Positions 13,121-27,496 are shown, numbered from the stretch's first letter. The stretch: 64,000 nt of DNA from Mobula hypostoma (GCF_963921235.1 NC_086101.1:868001-932000); one strand, 5' to 3'. Numbers and translations: made by a program. The notes: generated by a model not told the origin, from the letters alone.

Positions 13121-13518
13121 TATAAGACCATAAGACCATAAGACAAAGGAGCAGAAGTAGGCCATTTGGCCCATCGAGTCTGCTCTGCCATTTTATCATG
13201 AGCTGATCCATTCTCCTATTTAGTCCCACTCCCCCACCTTCTCTCCATAACCTTTGATGCCCTGGCTACTCAGATACCTATCAATCTCTGCCTTAAATAC
13301 ACCCAATGACTTGGCCTCCACTGCTGCCCGTGGTAACAAATTCCATAGATTCACCACCCTCTGACTAAAAAAATTTCTTTGCATTTCTGTTCTGAATGGG
13401 CACCCTTCAATCCTGAAGTCACTCCCTCTCATACTAGACTCCCCCATCATGGGAAACAACTTTGCCACATCCACTCTGTCCATGCCTTTCAACATTCACA
13501 ATGTCTCTATGAGGTCTC
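13121..13518 (-). mobile_element. CR1 3' end, same subfamily as 4259-6397
   Basis: (TAAGACCA)n tail. The empty site GTCCATATGTGG is at about 38981-38992 in the paralogous block. Confidence 0.92.
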
Positions 13519-14323
13519 TATGTGGTTTGCTTGCTAAATTATGCTCTAAATGGTCAGATTTCCAAATATCACTCCACTTCTTCCCACTTGTAAATTCTTC
13601 AGCAACTGTTGCATCACCACAATACACACAGGTAACACCAGCTTCTGAATTGTACATAAATATTTCCCCTCAACCCTCCTGAAGAATTGAGGATATATAA
13701 AAAAAAATCATTTTGAACCTATGTAACCTCTGGCTAAAAGAATAATTGGGACTGAATAGGAATTTTTAAACTGAAGTAAACTCCCATCTTCAGCGGTTAG
13801 CTAAGACCGGCTCACTACCAGTTCTCTGCGGCTTGCAGAGAGACACACTGAGAGCTGATAACATTATACATTGTACTCTCATTAGTTGATAACATTATAC
13901 ATCGTACCCTCGTTTGAGTAAAGGGAGGAGGCCTCGCCAATAAGGACAAGAATGAACATCTGTCTGTAATAAAATCAGTGCTTCGCAGAAGGAATAACTG
14001 ATAAGGACTGGACTGTACATCCATCTGTAATTAAAACCTTGATTAAGTGAACTCTCTTATCTAATTAATTAAGTTTTGCACCAACAGACTTGGTGGGCGT
14101 ACCAGTTCAAATAACATCTTCCAATAGTAATGTATGGGGCTTACTATGTATAAATATACGGCTGTAACCTGACTAAGTCAGTCCACTTGTCAGTTGGTGG
14201 CAGTGCTTACATGCCTTCTCTTTGACAACTGGGTCTCAAACTCCTGCAGGAGAATGCGGAATAAACTGTGGTGTCGATAAGAAGCTGGTCTCCCGAGTTT
14301 TATTCAAATTCAACTTTAACATT

Positions 14324-14341
14324 TGGCGTCACAAACAGGAT
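14324..14341 (+). promoter_or_regulatory. Retroviral primer-binding site, tRNA-Ser(CGA)-like (paralogue at 40191-40208)
   Basis: Copy A reads TGGCGTCACAAACAGGAT and copy B TAGCGTCACGAACAGGAT. The consensus TGGCGTCACGAACAGGAT is complementary to the 3' end of a vertebrate tRNA-Ser(CGA) as recalled from memory. Confidence 0.75.
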
Positions 14342-17300
14342 CCGAATATAGGGAGTGCCAAGCAGACTGTGGTGGGATATTACCTCATGAGAACAAGTTG
14401 TAAATTTGATATGGAAAAGAACTGTGGGAAGAAGTGGAAATTGTTGATAAAGGAATGGAAGGAAAAGGCAGATGTAAAGTGGAACAGTATATTTTTAGCA
14501 AGTTGGAGGAATAATCCATGTGAGAAAGGGATAGAGGTATGTACTGCAGAAGGAACGCCAAAGGTTGGGAGACGCTAAAAGCAGAGCATGAATATGTGGA
14601 TGGGCAGAGTTAATGGCTCCACAAAGACAATTGCCCACCCAATAATGATAATGATCATGAATCAGGCCCCAGATAGAAAAGAAAAACCAGCACAGTTTGC
14701 TCAGTATGTATGCAGTACTATACAAATGTATAATACGACCCTGCAAGATTTATTCGGTCTCTGCTGCATGATTCTCTCAGCTGATGAGGGACGGAAATGG
14801 AAGGCAGAATTGAGATACCAAACCTATTAGTAGTTACAGGTGGGAAACCATAATGAGAATGAACAGACAGACCAGATTATTCAAGCCCTGGAAAGGGCTC
14901 TCCAGCACCCTGTAAACATCACTAAAGTACTTTAGTGCAAACCTAAGCCCGGGGAATCAGGACCAGACTATCGGGAGCGATTTGTGGCCTGCTACAGCAA
15001 TTTCGCAGGAGACCAAGCATTTAATTAATGGGAATTCATTCCCCCCCGCCCGTTAATGCCTACTGCTCCAATGCTTACCAATTAAGTTAGCCAACATGAT
15101 TAAAACTAATAATACAGATTGGCCTGACAATGACCAAATTTGAATGCGACAAGCTTTGACATATTATTGGGTCCCAGTTTTCGAATCTGAATCAACGGCG
15201 AAAGGAACTAATATTAAAGATGAATACGTTAATTAGCAAGAGCTGTATAACTCATCTCCTTCTACCTTAGGCCACAAACTTATCAATCACCCCTGCTGTG
15301 GACACTTTCTGGAGGTCCAAGATCTGTATGCTCCACGACCACTGGACTAAGTGTGTAAATGTGGGGGGGGCGGACGATGTTGAAAAATACATGTACTAGG
15401 TTTTCTAAAATTGACTCCTTCTACCTTAGGCCATGAACTTATCAATCACCCCTCATACTCACCGCTGTACAGCTACCTCGAGTTTTGGCTATTATTAAAT
15501 GTGCAGACCACACCCACATATCTGACTGGGTCACTAAAGGCAATACTTTAGCAGATAAGACAGCAAAAGGTGTGGTATAATCCTCGGTAGTTGTAGTCCC
15601 CTCGGGTTTCCATCAAGCAACCTTCCGTGACTTAAGCAGAGGGGTTTGCCAGACATGCGGGAGATTCGTACTTTCAGGGGGACGCCTCTGAGGAGGAGAG
15701 CAAACTGTGGTCCCAGATGGGGTGCCAGAAAGACCCCGACCTAGGCTTTTGGATCACCCCAGTTTGACAGGTTTGTGTTCCTACACAGTTTTTACCAATA
15801 TTGGTCGATTATATACATGATTGTACACACCTGGGAAAGGCGGGAATGGTTGGTAACCTGTACCCTGCACACCGGGTACGACTCCCTTGCCAGGTGAACC
15901 TTTTTTGCGTCTACAAGTTGATTTTATTGAATTGCCTAGAGTATATTGCTATAGATACTGCTTAGTTATTATAGATGCGTTTAGTAGCTGGACTGAAGCT
16001 ATTCCAACTACCAATAATACTGCTATGACTGTTGAGAAGGTATTATTACGGGAAATAATTCCCAGGTACGGCCTGCCAGAGATGCTGAGCTCTGACAATG
16101 GCCCACACTTTGTGGCAAAAGTAAACGAAGACGTATGTAACAAACTAGCTATCAAGCAACAATTCTACTGTGTACACCTCCCACAGGCCACTGGCATAAT
16201 GGAAGGAACCAATGGCACTCTGAAGAGTAAACTGGCCAAACTAACGGCGGAGACTGGACTCACTTAGTTGAAGGTCCTACCGTTAGCCCTATTCCACATG
16301 AGGGTTACCCCACAGGGAAATCAGGGTTGTCACCAGCTGAAATCATTTCTGGATGGCCCACGAGGACACCCTGGGGACCAAGACCTTGTGTACCATTGCT
16401 CCCAGAAAGTCTACCAGCAAAATTGGATATGCATACCCTCGGGGAAGAGATGGGGAAACATATATGGCAACTAACCAAGATTTTCCAAGCATTACATTCA
16501 CAGGTATGACAGGCTTACAAGGAAGAGAACTACCCACAGAGAGGAGAGACTATCCCACCATAGAACCTGGGAATTTTGTCCTGATCAGGAACTTGGACCT
16601 CAGTGCAGAGGACCATATCAGGTGTTACTGACCACTCCCAAAGCTGTGAAACTGAAGGGGCAATCTCGGTGGATACATTGAACAGACTGCAAACGTGTTA
16701 CTGAAGGAACTGAGTAGAAGGACTCTCTCGGACTAAAGGAAAATATATTGGTTGATAGTGGTGTTCGTGTTTATCGCTTTAACAGGGCTCACCCCAGCAT
16801 CTGGGGGCCCCCATGTTAACACCTTTCTGTCTCTCTGTCACACCTATGCCAAACAGGTAGAACTAGGGGCCTGCTGGGTTTGTGCCGAAATTCCGCAGCA
16901 TGGTAAAACTATGATTCCAATGCCAGTAATCCCGCTCAACCAGAGTGAGGAACTCTCAGCCTGGGCTTTCTCAAATAACACCCAGGGAAGTGAGGTGAGA
17001 ACCTGTGGTCCAGTCAGAGATGACTGTGGCTGTCAGTATTTTCAGGGATGGTATCTCAGGCCCCCACCAAATGGAACTTCCAATACTGGGAAACATGCAT
17101 TCTGGCCATACCTGCAGGTGCCAGCAGCGGAGAAGAATAACTGAGACAGAGCGATTTTGGATGATCACTTTTCTCTCATACAGAGTAGCCAGGAATTCAC
17201 AAGAGATAATCAATTTGACTACAGCGCTTGAGGAGCTGGCCACAATACTGCAGGGGCCCTGACAGAAACACAGGCCCAAGTAGCAGAAATATCCACTGAA

Positions 17301-17581
17301 ATGATTGCAATCCGGCAAACAGTCCTACAGAATCGTCGTATGGCTTTAGATTTTATCCTGGCTGAGAAAGGGGAACCTGTGTTATTATTGACACAGAATA
17401 CTGCACCTATATCCCTGATGAGTCTAACAGTACATCCCTCTCCGAGCACACTGCCAAGGAGACTGACAGCGTCAAGAGAGTAGGGCAGGATTTACATGGA
17501 TTCACTGAAGGGTCGAAATGATGATCTTCAAAGGCCTGTTCAGTAATATGTGGGGCATGATATTGCATTATGGCCGAATAG

Positions 17582-18455
17582 AAACCCATAGAAACCACAG
17601 AAAAACTACAGCACAGAAACAGGCCTTTTGGCCCTTCTTGGCTGTGTCGAACCATTTTCTGCTTAGTCCCACTGACCTGCACACGGACCATATCCCTCCA
17701 TACACCTCCCATCCATGTATCTGTCCAATTTATTCTTAAATGTTAAAAAAAAAACCTGCATTTACCACCTCGTCTGGCAGCTCATTCCATACTCCCACCA
17801 CTCTCTGTGTGAAGAAGCCCCCTCTAATGTTCCCTTTATACTTATCCCCCCTCACCCTTAACCCATGTCCTCTGGTTTTTTTCTCCCCTTGTCTCAGTGG
17901 AAAAAGCCTGCTTGCATTCACTCTATCAATACCCATCATAATTTTATATACCTCTATCAAATCTCCCCTCATTCTTCTACGCTCCAGGGAATAAAGTCCT
18001 AATCTATTCAACCTTTCTCTGTAACTGAGTTTCTCAAGTCCCAGCAACATCCTTGTAAACCTTCTCTGCACTCTTTCAACCTTATTAATATCCTTCCTGT
18101 AATTTGGTGACCAAAACTGAACACAATACTCCAGATTCGGCCTCACCAATGCCTTATACAACCTCATCATAACATTCCAGCTCTTATACTCAATACTTTG
18201 ATTAATAAAGGCCAATGTACCAAAAACTCTCTTTATGACCCTATCTACCTGTGACGCCACTTTTAGGGAATTTTGTATCTGTATTCCCAGATCCCTCTGT
18301 TCTACTGCACTCCTCAGTGCCTTACCATTAACCCTGTATGTTCTACCTTGGTTTGTCCTTCCAACGTGCAATACCTCACACTTGTCTGTATTAAATTCCA
18401 TCTGCCATTTTTCAGCCCATTTTTCCAGCTGGTCCAAGTCCCTCTGCAGGCTCTG
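17582..18455 (-). mobile_element. CR1 3' fragment inserted in the env TM region of ERV copy A
   Basis: ORF 17736-18518 has CR1 motifs. ATAG is duplicated at 17578-17581 and 18456-18459. Empty site at about 44285 in copy B. Confidence 0.93.
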
Positions 18456-19220
18456 ATAGTTGTACATATCATTGTTATAATTACTGTTGTACGCTGTTTT
18501 TACCCACTGATAAGTCAATGCTGTACTCGGTTGCTTTCTCCGTAAAAAATTACTGTTTTGTTGATCATGTAATGATCAAAAGGAGGGAATGATAAAGTAT
18601 GTAAAAGGGTTAACACTTCGTTAAACAATAGCAGCCTGTTTTTCTGAAGGAAACTGCTGATGATCAACAGATGTGCTAAGCCATATTTCTTCTTGAGGGT
18701 AGCTAGCTAGGATTTCAGGATGCTTCTCTCCTTGTGCACTCAGGCGTAGAGATAAGACAGCTTCAGTCTGTTCTGTGTGTGTAAGCCATTATGACTATAT
18801 TGTAATTTGCCTTTAGGGGCTGTCACGTAGTAAATAACTTTGGTTCCAGCCTGTCTTGTGTGGGGGGTATCTGGATGGATATACTGTGATGTAAGGGAAA
18901 TTGTTAGTCAGTTAGTGGATTGGGCAGGAACAGTCATAGACTGTTCCTGTTTGAGCCACTAACTGAGTAAGCTCGGGGTGCTTGGAATAAAGAGTTTGTA
19001 TTTATACAGTCTCTGAGTGACTTTATCCGGATTCGACTTCCGCAGAATGGGAGTGGTTTTAAATGGCTGGGCTATCAGACCTGGAATGATTGCAACTGGG
19101 TCTGACAGAGGCATAACTCGCACTACTGGGCACATTCAGTCTCACTCCAACTATTTCCTACCTTCCCTTCTACAGGTATGTAATGTCTAAAGGACCAGTG
19201 TTTGAGTAAATGAGACTCAC

Positions 19221-19370
19221 CAAACTTTCTCCTGACTGAATCACTGGATTCTCCCAGTCAGATGGGTTCTCTCCAGTTGATGCTCTCAATCCTCGGGCTG
19301 GTTCCCTCGTCTTCAGTCATGGTTTGCTTCCAGCTGGGGCTTTTCTTCCAATAAATCCCTCACCGCAGAT
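19221..19370 (-). other. Putative upstream, likely non-coding exon of ZNF-A
   Basis: Minus strand acceptor ...gttAG|atctg and donor tttg|GTGAGT. Both sites are conserved in the paralogue 45589-45690. Confidence 0.5.
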
Positions 19371-19488
19371 CTAACTTTAACACGAAAGATAATGAAGCAC
19401 ATTAACAACAAAAAGGAGAACCAAACATTTCTGCTCACTGTTACGAAGAACAAAACTCACTGAAAGTTAAATGTTGAAGGCAAATATA

Positions 19489-21089
<1,601 letters not shown>

Positions 21090-22607
21090 TAATGATCTCA
21101 GTGAACAATCTTTTATTGCCCCTCAAACAACACAAAACAATATGGGATAAAACGGAGCCATCATTCAGTCATGGTAAGACATAGGACACAGGAACAGAAT
21201 TAGATGATTCGATCCATCTGGTCTGCCCCACCATTCAACCATGGCTGAGTTTTATTCCAACACCATATTCCTGCCTTCCTCCTGTAACCCTGAAGATACT
21301 AGCAATCATGAAAATATTATTCTCTATCATAAATATACCCAAATGGCAGCCTCAACCAAGTTCTGCAGCAACAAATTACACTGATCAGACATCTTTTGGT
21401 CAAAAACTTTTTCTCATCCCAGTTTTAAAGGGAAGCATCTTTATTCTGAGACTCAGCTGTCAGATCACAGACTCTCTGTCTAATGGAAACATCCTCTCCA
21501 TGTCCACTGTATCCAGGCTTTTCAGCATCGGTAGGTTCCCTCCACCATCCCCACCGTCCCTCTGAACTCCATTGAACACAGGTCCAGAACCATCAAATGC
21601 TCCTCATACATAAAGCCAGTCATTCCTGAGATTATTCATGTGAACCCTGTTAGCAACAACTGAACTGAACACATTTCCAGGAATAACAGACAAATTGGTA
21701 CTAGCATAATTTACAGGGAAAAGTTGTGCTTTCTTTACTGTTCTGCAATCACAGGACGAGCCATTTCCATTCCCAGGTTAAAACAGGTCCATTTCAGGAA
21801 ATATAAACCATTCCAGGGTGAACGTAATAAAAAGAAACTGGAACTACCAGAAATGCTTAGCAGGTAAGGAACAAACTTTACAATTCAGGTTTATAACGTT
21901 TTGTCAGAATGACTTCAAACATTTTCAGTTTTTAGTGCAGATCTCCAGAAACTTGAGATTCTGCTTGATTTCCACCGAGTGACAGTCAGGTGACAGTGAG
22001 GGGGGGATTTCCAAACACGGTTTGAACGCCAAACTCACGGGTCTATTTCTACTGTTGTAAACACGGAACAGCCCATTCACTCATAGCCTCTCCCTGTGAG
22101 GATAGAATGGGAACTCATCTTCTCCTCAGATTAGCAGTCATTGCTTCCAAAGGAATTCCAGAAACAAAGATCTGACCTCATAAGCCCAACCAGCTCGATC
22201 CCCGGGTCCATTTTAACTAGATCAAAAACTGTGATGTCCCAGGACCCAACCTCACAGAGTCACACAGCTGAATCTGCCACTCACCGACCCTGAGAGCCTC
22301 ACACATCGTCCCCACGTCTCACACTGTGTTGTAGAATCCGGGATTTACCCACAACCAATGTCCAGCTGCTTGAAATTTCTGCTTCATTGCAGAAGGACGA
22401 CCATCCAGCCCCATCTGTAGAAGCACTAACCAAAATCAAAGCCAAAACACCGACAGTTCCATATGCCTGGAATGTAGATCATAGGATTATAGCCCAAGCA
22501 CCAATTCTCCCAGTACTCTTTGCTGCCAGTACAATGCTGTAGTGTGTCAGCCAGTCACTGTTCAAAAACTCGCTCCTCCACACCAATGTAAACTTAAAGT
22601 TGCCGGA

Positions 22608-22731
22608 CCAAATAATCACAGCACACACGTCTTTACTTCCAAATAATCACAGCACACACGTCTTTACTTCCAAATAATCACAGCACACACGTCTTTACTT
22701 CCAAATAATCACAGCACACACGTCTTTACTT
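22608..22731. repeat. Perfect minisatellite, 4 x 31 bp
   Basis: (CCAAATAATCACAGCACACACGTCTTTACTT)x4. Confidence 0.95.
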
Positions 22732-22800
22732 TATCTTTCTCACCAGTTTATTTGTTTCAGCTCAGCCGGAGAGAAACTCGTAGACTAAACATCAAAGATA

Positions 22801-22804
<4 letters not shown>

Positions 22805-22850
<46 letters not shown>
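22805..22850. repeat. (CT)n microsatellite
   Basis: Direct reading. Confidence 0.97.
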
Positions 22851-22853
<3 letters not shown>

Positions 22854-23524
22854 GTGCCTCTAATGAGCTTCTGAATAACACTCAGAAACATGACAATTTA
22901 TAGAACTGGAGAAACAAAGAACACTTAGAAACAGTTAGAGATTCCCGCCAAGTCAGTTACAGCAAAACTTACTTAGATATGAGAGTACAGTACACTAAAT
23001 GACGGATTTTAATTACAAACAACTTTTTGCCTTATCAGTAAAACTTGAATAGACAAAGGTGGGAACATTGATCAGTGATGTGACATCGTAAGGCATGATG
23101 TATGCAACCTATGTGAATACAGCCCACGGGTCGTTCTCAAAGGACAGCTGAGAGTTATTAATCTGACAGACTGAAGGCAGTTATTTTTCCATTCAAGGAC
23201 AGTCTCTGCAACTTTTCACAGAACAGACTGGCACTTAATTTTAACCCGCTATTTACCAGAATCAGAGGATCACTTCTTATGTTCCCCAATCCCTTATAAT
23301 TTCTTCACCAATGCACAACAGAACTGGTACCTGATGACCCTCTGGCATTCCAGCGAACAATAACCGATTCTGGAAAGGCCGAAGGTGTAGAAGAACACTT
23401 CACAATGAAGACAAAGATTAGACGAAAGATTGCTGATATATAACATTGAGGTAGTGGGATACAGGGTGGACCGAGGTTGACCCAGATGGTTGATGTATAC
23501 CACTGAAGTGGGGCGGGGGTGGCG

Positions 23525-23732
23525 GGTAAGCATCACCACCCATGACTATCGTCCAGTGGCTCTCACATCTCTGGTGATGAAATGTTAAGGGGTTGGTCAT
23601 GGTGAGAATGAGCTTCTGCCTCAGTGAGGACCTGGACCCACTGCAATTTGCCCAGCACCACAATAGGTCGACGGCAGATGTGATCACAATTGCTCTTCAC
23701 ACGGCCTTAGATCACCTGGACAATACAAACAC
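23525..23732 (+). mobile_element. Rex1-type RT fragment
   Basis: Reads DYRPVALTSLVMKC...LDPLQFAQHHNRSTADVI. Confidence 0.8.
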
Positions 23733-24514
23733 TGAAAGAGTTCTGCTAAACAACTGACAATTGCACCTTCACCAACTGCTCAGATGAGACTACTGTCTAT
23801 ACCCGTGACACAGGAAATCACATCTCTATCACTCTCCTGATACCGTGTCTGACCTGCTCACCTCCAGGTATCCTCCCTCCCCAAGCCTCTTCCTCAGTCA
23901 CCATCTGTGAGATTATATAAAACAAAAACAATTAAAACAATCTATCGGACAGCTCCTGTACCCCTCCACCCCTTGCCATGCTTCGCTGGTTAAATCACTC
24001 CCTTCTCAGCCCCTACCTTTTCTCCTTTCCCATTATAACTGCAGATATGCCACCAGATCCGAATCCGCTGTACAAACCCGTGTCCTTCTTTGACGCAGAA
24101 GTCACAGACACCCCCAACTCCCCACCCGCTTCCTGACCTGCACTCGTAGACCATGAAGGTGACAACTGTTCCCAGACTCTGGGGCTTTGTGACAAACACA
24201 ACGTTAACAGCAAGATGAGTCAGTGATTAATATAAAGAGAAGAATTGTTGCTTCCTGAAAGGACACGCGAGCGTCCGATACAATGGACCAGATCCTCCCT
24301 TGTCTCCTACTTCATTTGACCCGGGTCACGGCACGTCAGATCATTCCACTTTCTCACATCACCACCCTCCCCTCCCCTCACCCCCAATCGCCTCCCGTCC
24401 CACACCTTTCCGATCACTCACCCCGCACCCACACGTCCACCTCTCCCCACACACACACACACACAGAACCCCAAACCCCTTCCCCGCTCTGGGAGCCACA
24501 ACTAATTGATCCCA

Positions 24515-24810
24515 CAGCCCGGGCTAGGGCAGAAAGCTAAAGCCGCGGCTACGATACCGGAGAGGGCGAAGCCTCCAGTCGTTCGGCGGAGCTCGGTCCC
24601 GACCGTTTCCCACCGTCCCGGTCCCCCGATCTACACGAACCTGACAGTATACCCTTTCTCACCGGAGAACCACGGCGACACCCGGGGTCGGCGCTGCGCC
24701 TGCGTCCAGCAGGAGGCTCGGAGGTCGCCACAGCGCCACGACCGGCCGGAGGTCTGCACATCGCCACCGGTTGTCGGAGGTCTCCGCAGTGCCTCCGGCG
24801 GCCAGAATGA
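24515..24810 (-). promoter_or_regulatory. CpG island, putative promoter and first exon of ZNF-A
   Basis: CpG-dense stretch in a CpG-poor background, NRF1-like TGCGCCTGCG at about 24695, and a minus-strand donor ccg|GTGAGA at about 24657-24663. Confidence 0.5.
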
Positions 24811-24824
24811 CAACGGAAAAGTAA

Positions 24825-25125
24825 ATCACAAACCCGAGGGAGTCTGCAGATGCGGGAAATCCAAAGCAACACTCACAATATGCTGAAGGTACCCAGCAGG
24901 TCAGGTAGCATCTATCGAAAAGAGTCGACGTTTCCAGTTGAGATCGTTCTTCGGGACTGAGAAGGAAGGGGGGAAATATCTGAATAAAACAGGTGGGTGA
25001 GGAAAAGCGCAAACACGAGGAATTCTGCAGATGCTGGAAATTCAAGCTGCACACATCAAAGTTGCTGGTGAACGCAGCAGGCCAGGCAGCATCTCTAGGA
25101 AGAGGTACAGTCGACGTTTCAGGCC
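24825..25125 (-). mobile_element. Two adjacent Penelope pLTR-derived short repeats with degenerate or truncated hammerhead motifs
   Basis: Homologous to 544-690. 24923-24958 has a mutated core (CCGAAGA) and 25109-25125 keeps only GAAACGTCGACT. Confidence 0.8.
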
Positions 25126-25247
25126 TCCGGTGCCTACTCTGTTTCAAGGAAAATAATGTCATCTCACTTCCTGATTTATAATAAATTTCCACCTGATCAA
25201 ATTGCGTGTTGACTCTTGTCTGCAGTCACTCCAGTAGAATCCCTTGT

Positions 25248-26101
25248 TTATTATTATTTTTATTTTTTATCTCAGCTAAAACTGATAAAAATTGCGTTAT
25301 GGACACAGACAAGCACACTTACTTCTCAATCGCTTGGAACTTTTGGACAATCGTGCTGTTCAGTGTTGAGCCGTTCTGGAAATTTACATAAATATTGCCC
25401 TGCAGGTCGAAATGTTTAGTGCTATTGTGTAGTGATTTTGGGATGATACCAGTCGTGTATGTTACAACGGGACAATGTATTCCCTGTTCATGTACCATAG
25501 TCGTTCATTTTCCTCTTTCAAGTCAGCATATCTCTGGTGTTTTCCACTTCCGTGCGTTGTGTGTGTTCGGATTGGCCATACCTGTTAAATAAGTGGTTAC
25601 TGCATATTTATCCTGTAATATTATATTCGGGCGGGTACCAGGTATTATCCCATCTCTAATAATGGATCGGTCGTAATATAATTATAGAGTCCTGACTCTA
25701 AAACTGGATCAGAGTTGTATTTATAATAATATATGGTATGTTTCATGATTTTGTATCTTAAAGCAAGAATTAGGTGAAAGATGTTTGTTACTTGACGGTG
25801 CCAGTGTAAGTAATCAGATTGAATTAAACTGTTGCTGGATACCGTAATGTGTGGGATATTTTCTGGTTTCACATAGCATATTCTGCTTTTAATGTCTTGA
25901 ACTTGTTAGCCTTTTATTGCGCATTTTTGATGCTGTTGTCTTAACCACCTGGACCTGTATTGCCACAAGGAAACATCCAGTTTCTGGGAAGACGTCTCCA
26001 ACTTTGAGCCTGGCGTTGGACGCGTTCTCGTCTGCTCTGATCGAGGGGATCCCACCCATGGACGATTATGCCCATCCATTGGCAAACTCTTTCTTCTATG
26101 G
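25248..26101 (-). mobile_element. R4/Dong-clade (restriction-like endonuclease) non-LTR retrotransposon, decayed 3' fragment
   Basis: Minus strand reads GDVFPETGCFLVAIQ, ENIPHI...DYLHWHRQV, RPNIILQDK, TTGIIPKSLH and IVQKF. TAA-rich tail at 25248-25270. Confidence 0.72.
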
Positions 26102-27300
26102 CAGTGTTTACCAAACTTTTTTTTAGCCCAACGCCCACATACTTGACAACGCCCTCCTGAAGCCCTTCATACATGCCATACTCGCCCCTCTTAGACCGAG
26201 TATACTTTCCAGCGCTCCCATCGTGTAAAAACACGGCTACCATATGCCAGCATGAAAAAAATTCTGCTTTAACTTTTGATTTATCTTTAAACCTAGTTTT
26301 CACAGTACCTGTGCCCTGCACAGTAGCTGCGGGATGTTGACAGTGAATGACACCGGAGAATTGCAATTTAATTTTCATAAATTCCACTAAACCAGCATGG
26401 CAACCTCTCCTATATGGTGCTCCATCCGTTGCACAAGAAATCATGCTCCTAATCAAAATAATTTTGTCATCAATATACATTTTGAGCTCTCATAGATTCA
26501 TATCTGTGTTCAACTTTTTATAATGGAGAACCTCTTCATCAACTTTTCCATTTTAATCAAACATACATATGCCATTAACAATGCCTCCTTGTCTCGCACA
26601 GTTGGCTCCCAAATTGTTTTTTTTTTGTAGTTCTGTGCATAGTGATACTTAATGTCCTACTCATGTCATCAATACGACGAGATACAGAGCTATTACTCGG
26701 GAATTGATTTTAAAATACTGGTATCCATTTTGAGAACAGTGGTGATCACTTCTGATACAAGAGGCATTAATAATCTTTCACTAATTGTATGAGATTTTTC
26801 ACACTCTGCTATCATTTTGGAACTGTTATGAGAAGCAATGGGACCACGATCAAAGTCATTTTAGCTTTCCTGGCAAATGACTCGAGTGTGCAACACTTTT
26901 CAAATACTTCTCTCATCTTCTGCCATAATACCATAGGTAGCCTTTTCGAGGTGTCTTTTACGGAAGTGTTCCTGCAGTCTTGATGGTTTCAGTGTTTCAT
27001 TACACAGTACAGATCAACTGATGATCCCCCGGTGATAGCACAGGACAGTTAACATCTTAGTCCACGTGTATTTTCAATTCTTACCAAGAAGACACATGGG
27101 GCGTCGCTGATCAGTCGGAAATAGAATAAAACCATACTCCAGGTACGTTAAGACGCATTTTTTTGTAGTTTCTGATTTTTAGCAGAATTAGAATTCAAGA
27201 CCTCATCGCCTTCAGACTCTTAGAGATCCTGTCGTACGTATTAATCCATTATTATCGGGGTTAGACTGTTAAATTGCATGAACTTGTTCCATGCCGCGAG
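26102..27300 (-). mobile_element. hAT (Buster/Charlie-type) transposon remnant
   Basis: TIR-like CAGTGTTTACCAAACTTTT at 26102. Minus-strand motifs YLEYGFI...PMCLL, SVSRRIDDM, CATDGAP and VIHC. Second TIR not found. Confidence 0.75.
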
Positions 27301-27496
27301 TCAAGGGGATTTGTTGAGCACTCTGGTGGCTAATGTATGCTTCCGCAATAATGTCTGTTAGGCTGGTAAGGTGGGAAGAGGTTGCCATGTTTCAGACGGT
27401 TGTGACGACGAGCGCTCGCTGCCTGCGGAGCTAGGTTCTTTCGGTGGTCCACGGCCTGCTCTACTAACGGTCGGTAAGGTCTGGTGCTTCAAGTTA

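Larger units (their letters stand above)
13688..19044 (+). mobile_element. Class I (gamma/epsilon-like) endogenous retrovirus, copy A: 5' LTR, PBS, deleted gag, RNase H tail, integrase, deleted env, 3' LTR
   Basis: 5' LTR about 13688-14321 (TATA, AATAAA, ends CA). Gag MHR-like KPKPGESGPDYRERF. IN motifs LQVDFIELP, SSDNGPHF and GPY. Env CWVC, QRRR, LQNR(R)MALDFILAE. PPT AAAAGGAGGGAA at 18578-18589. 3' LTR 18590-19044 (TG..CA). All ORFs are broken and the 5' LTR start is uncertain. Confidence 0.9.
22601..23310 (-). mobile_element. Solo-LTR-like insertion absent from the paralogous block
   Basis: Block B reads AAAGTTGCAGAACAGAAC (about 52988-53006) without it. On the minus strand it has TATAAA, AATAAA, a CA end and the ACTGATAAGG motif also seen in the ERV 5' LTR. 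No clean TSD. Confidence 0.45.

Noticed and set aside
14324..14341. tRNA gene
   Set aside because: Only an 18-nt complement of a tRNA 3' end (a PBS). No tRNA or rRNA gene was recognised in the window.
22608..22731. CRISPR-like array
   Set aside because: Head-to-tail repeats with no spacers, in eukaryotic DNA.
27330..27495. CpG-rich stretch with a possible + strand donor (TCG|GTAAGG) as a first exon
   Set aside because: Short, wedged between a hAT remnant and a CR1 tail, with no downstream exon identified; left unassigned.
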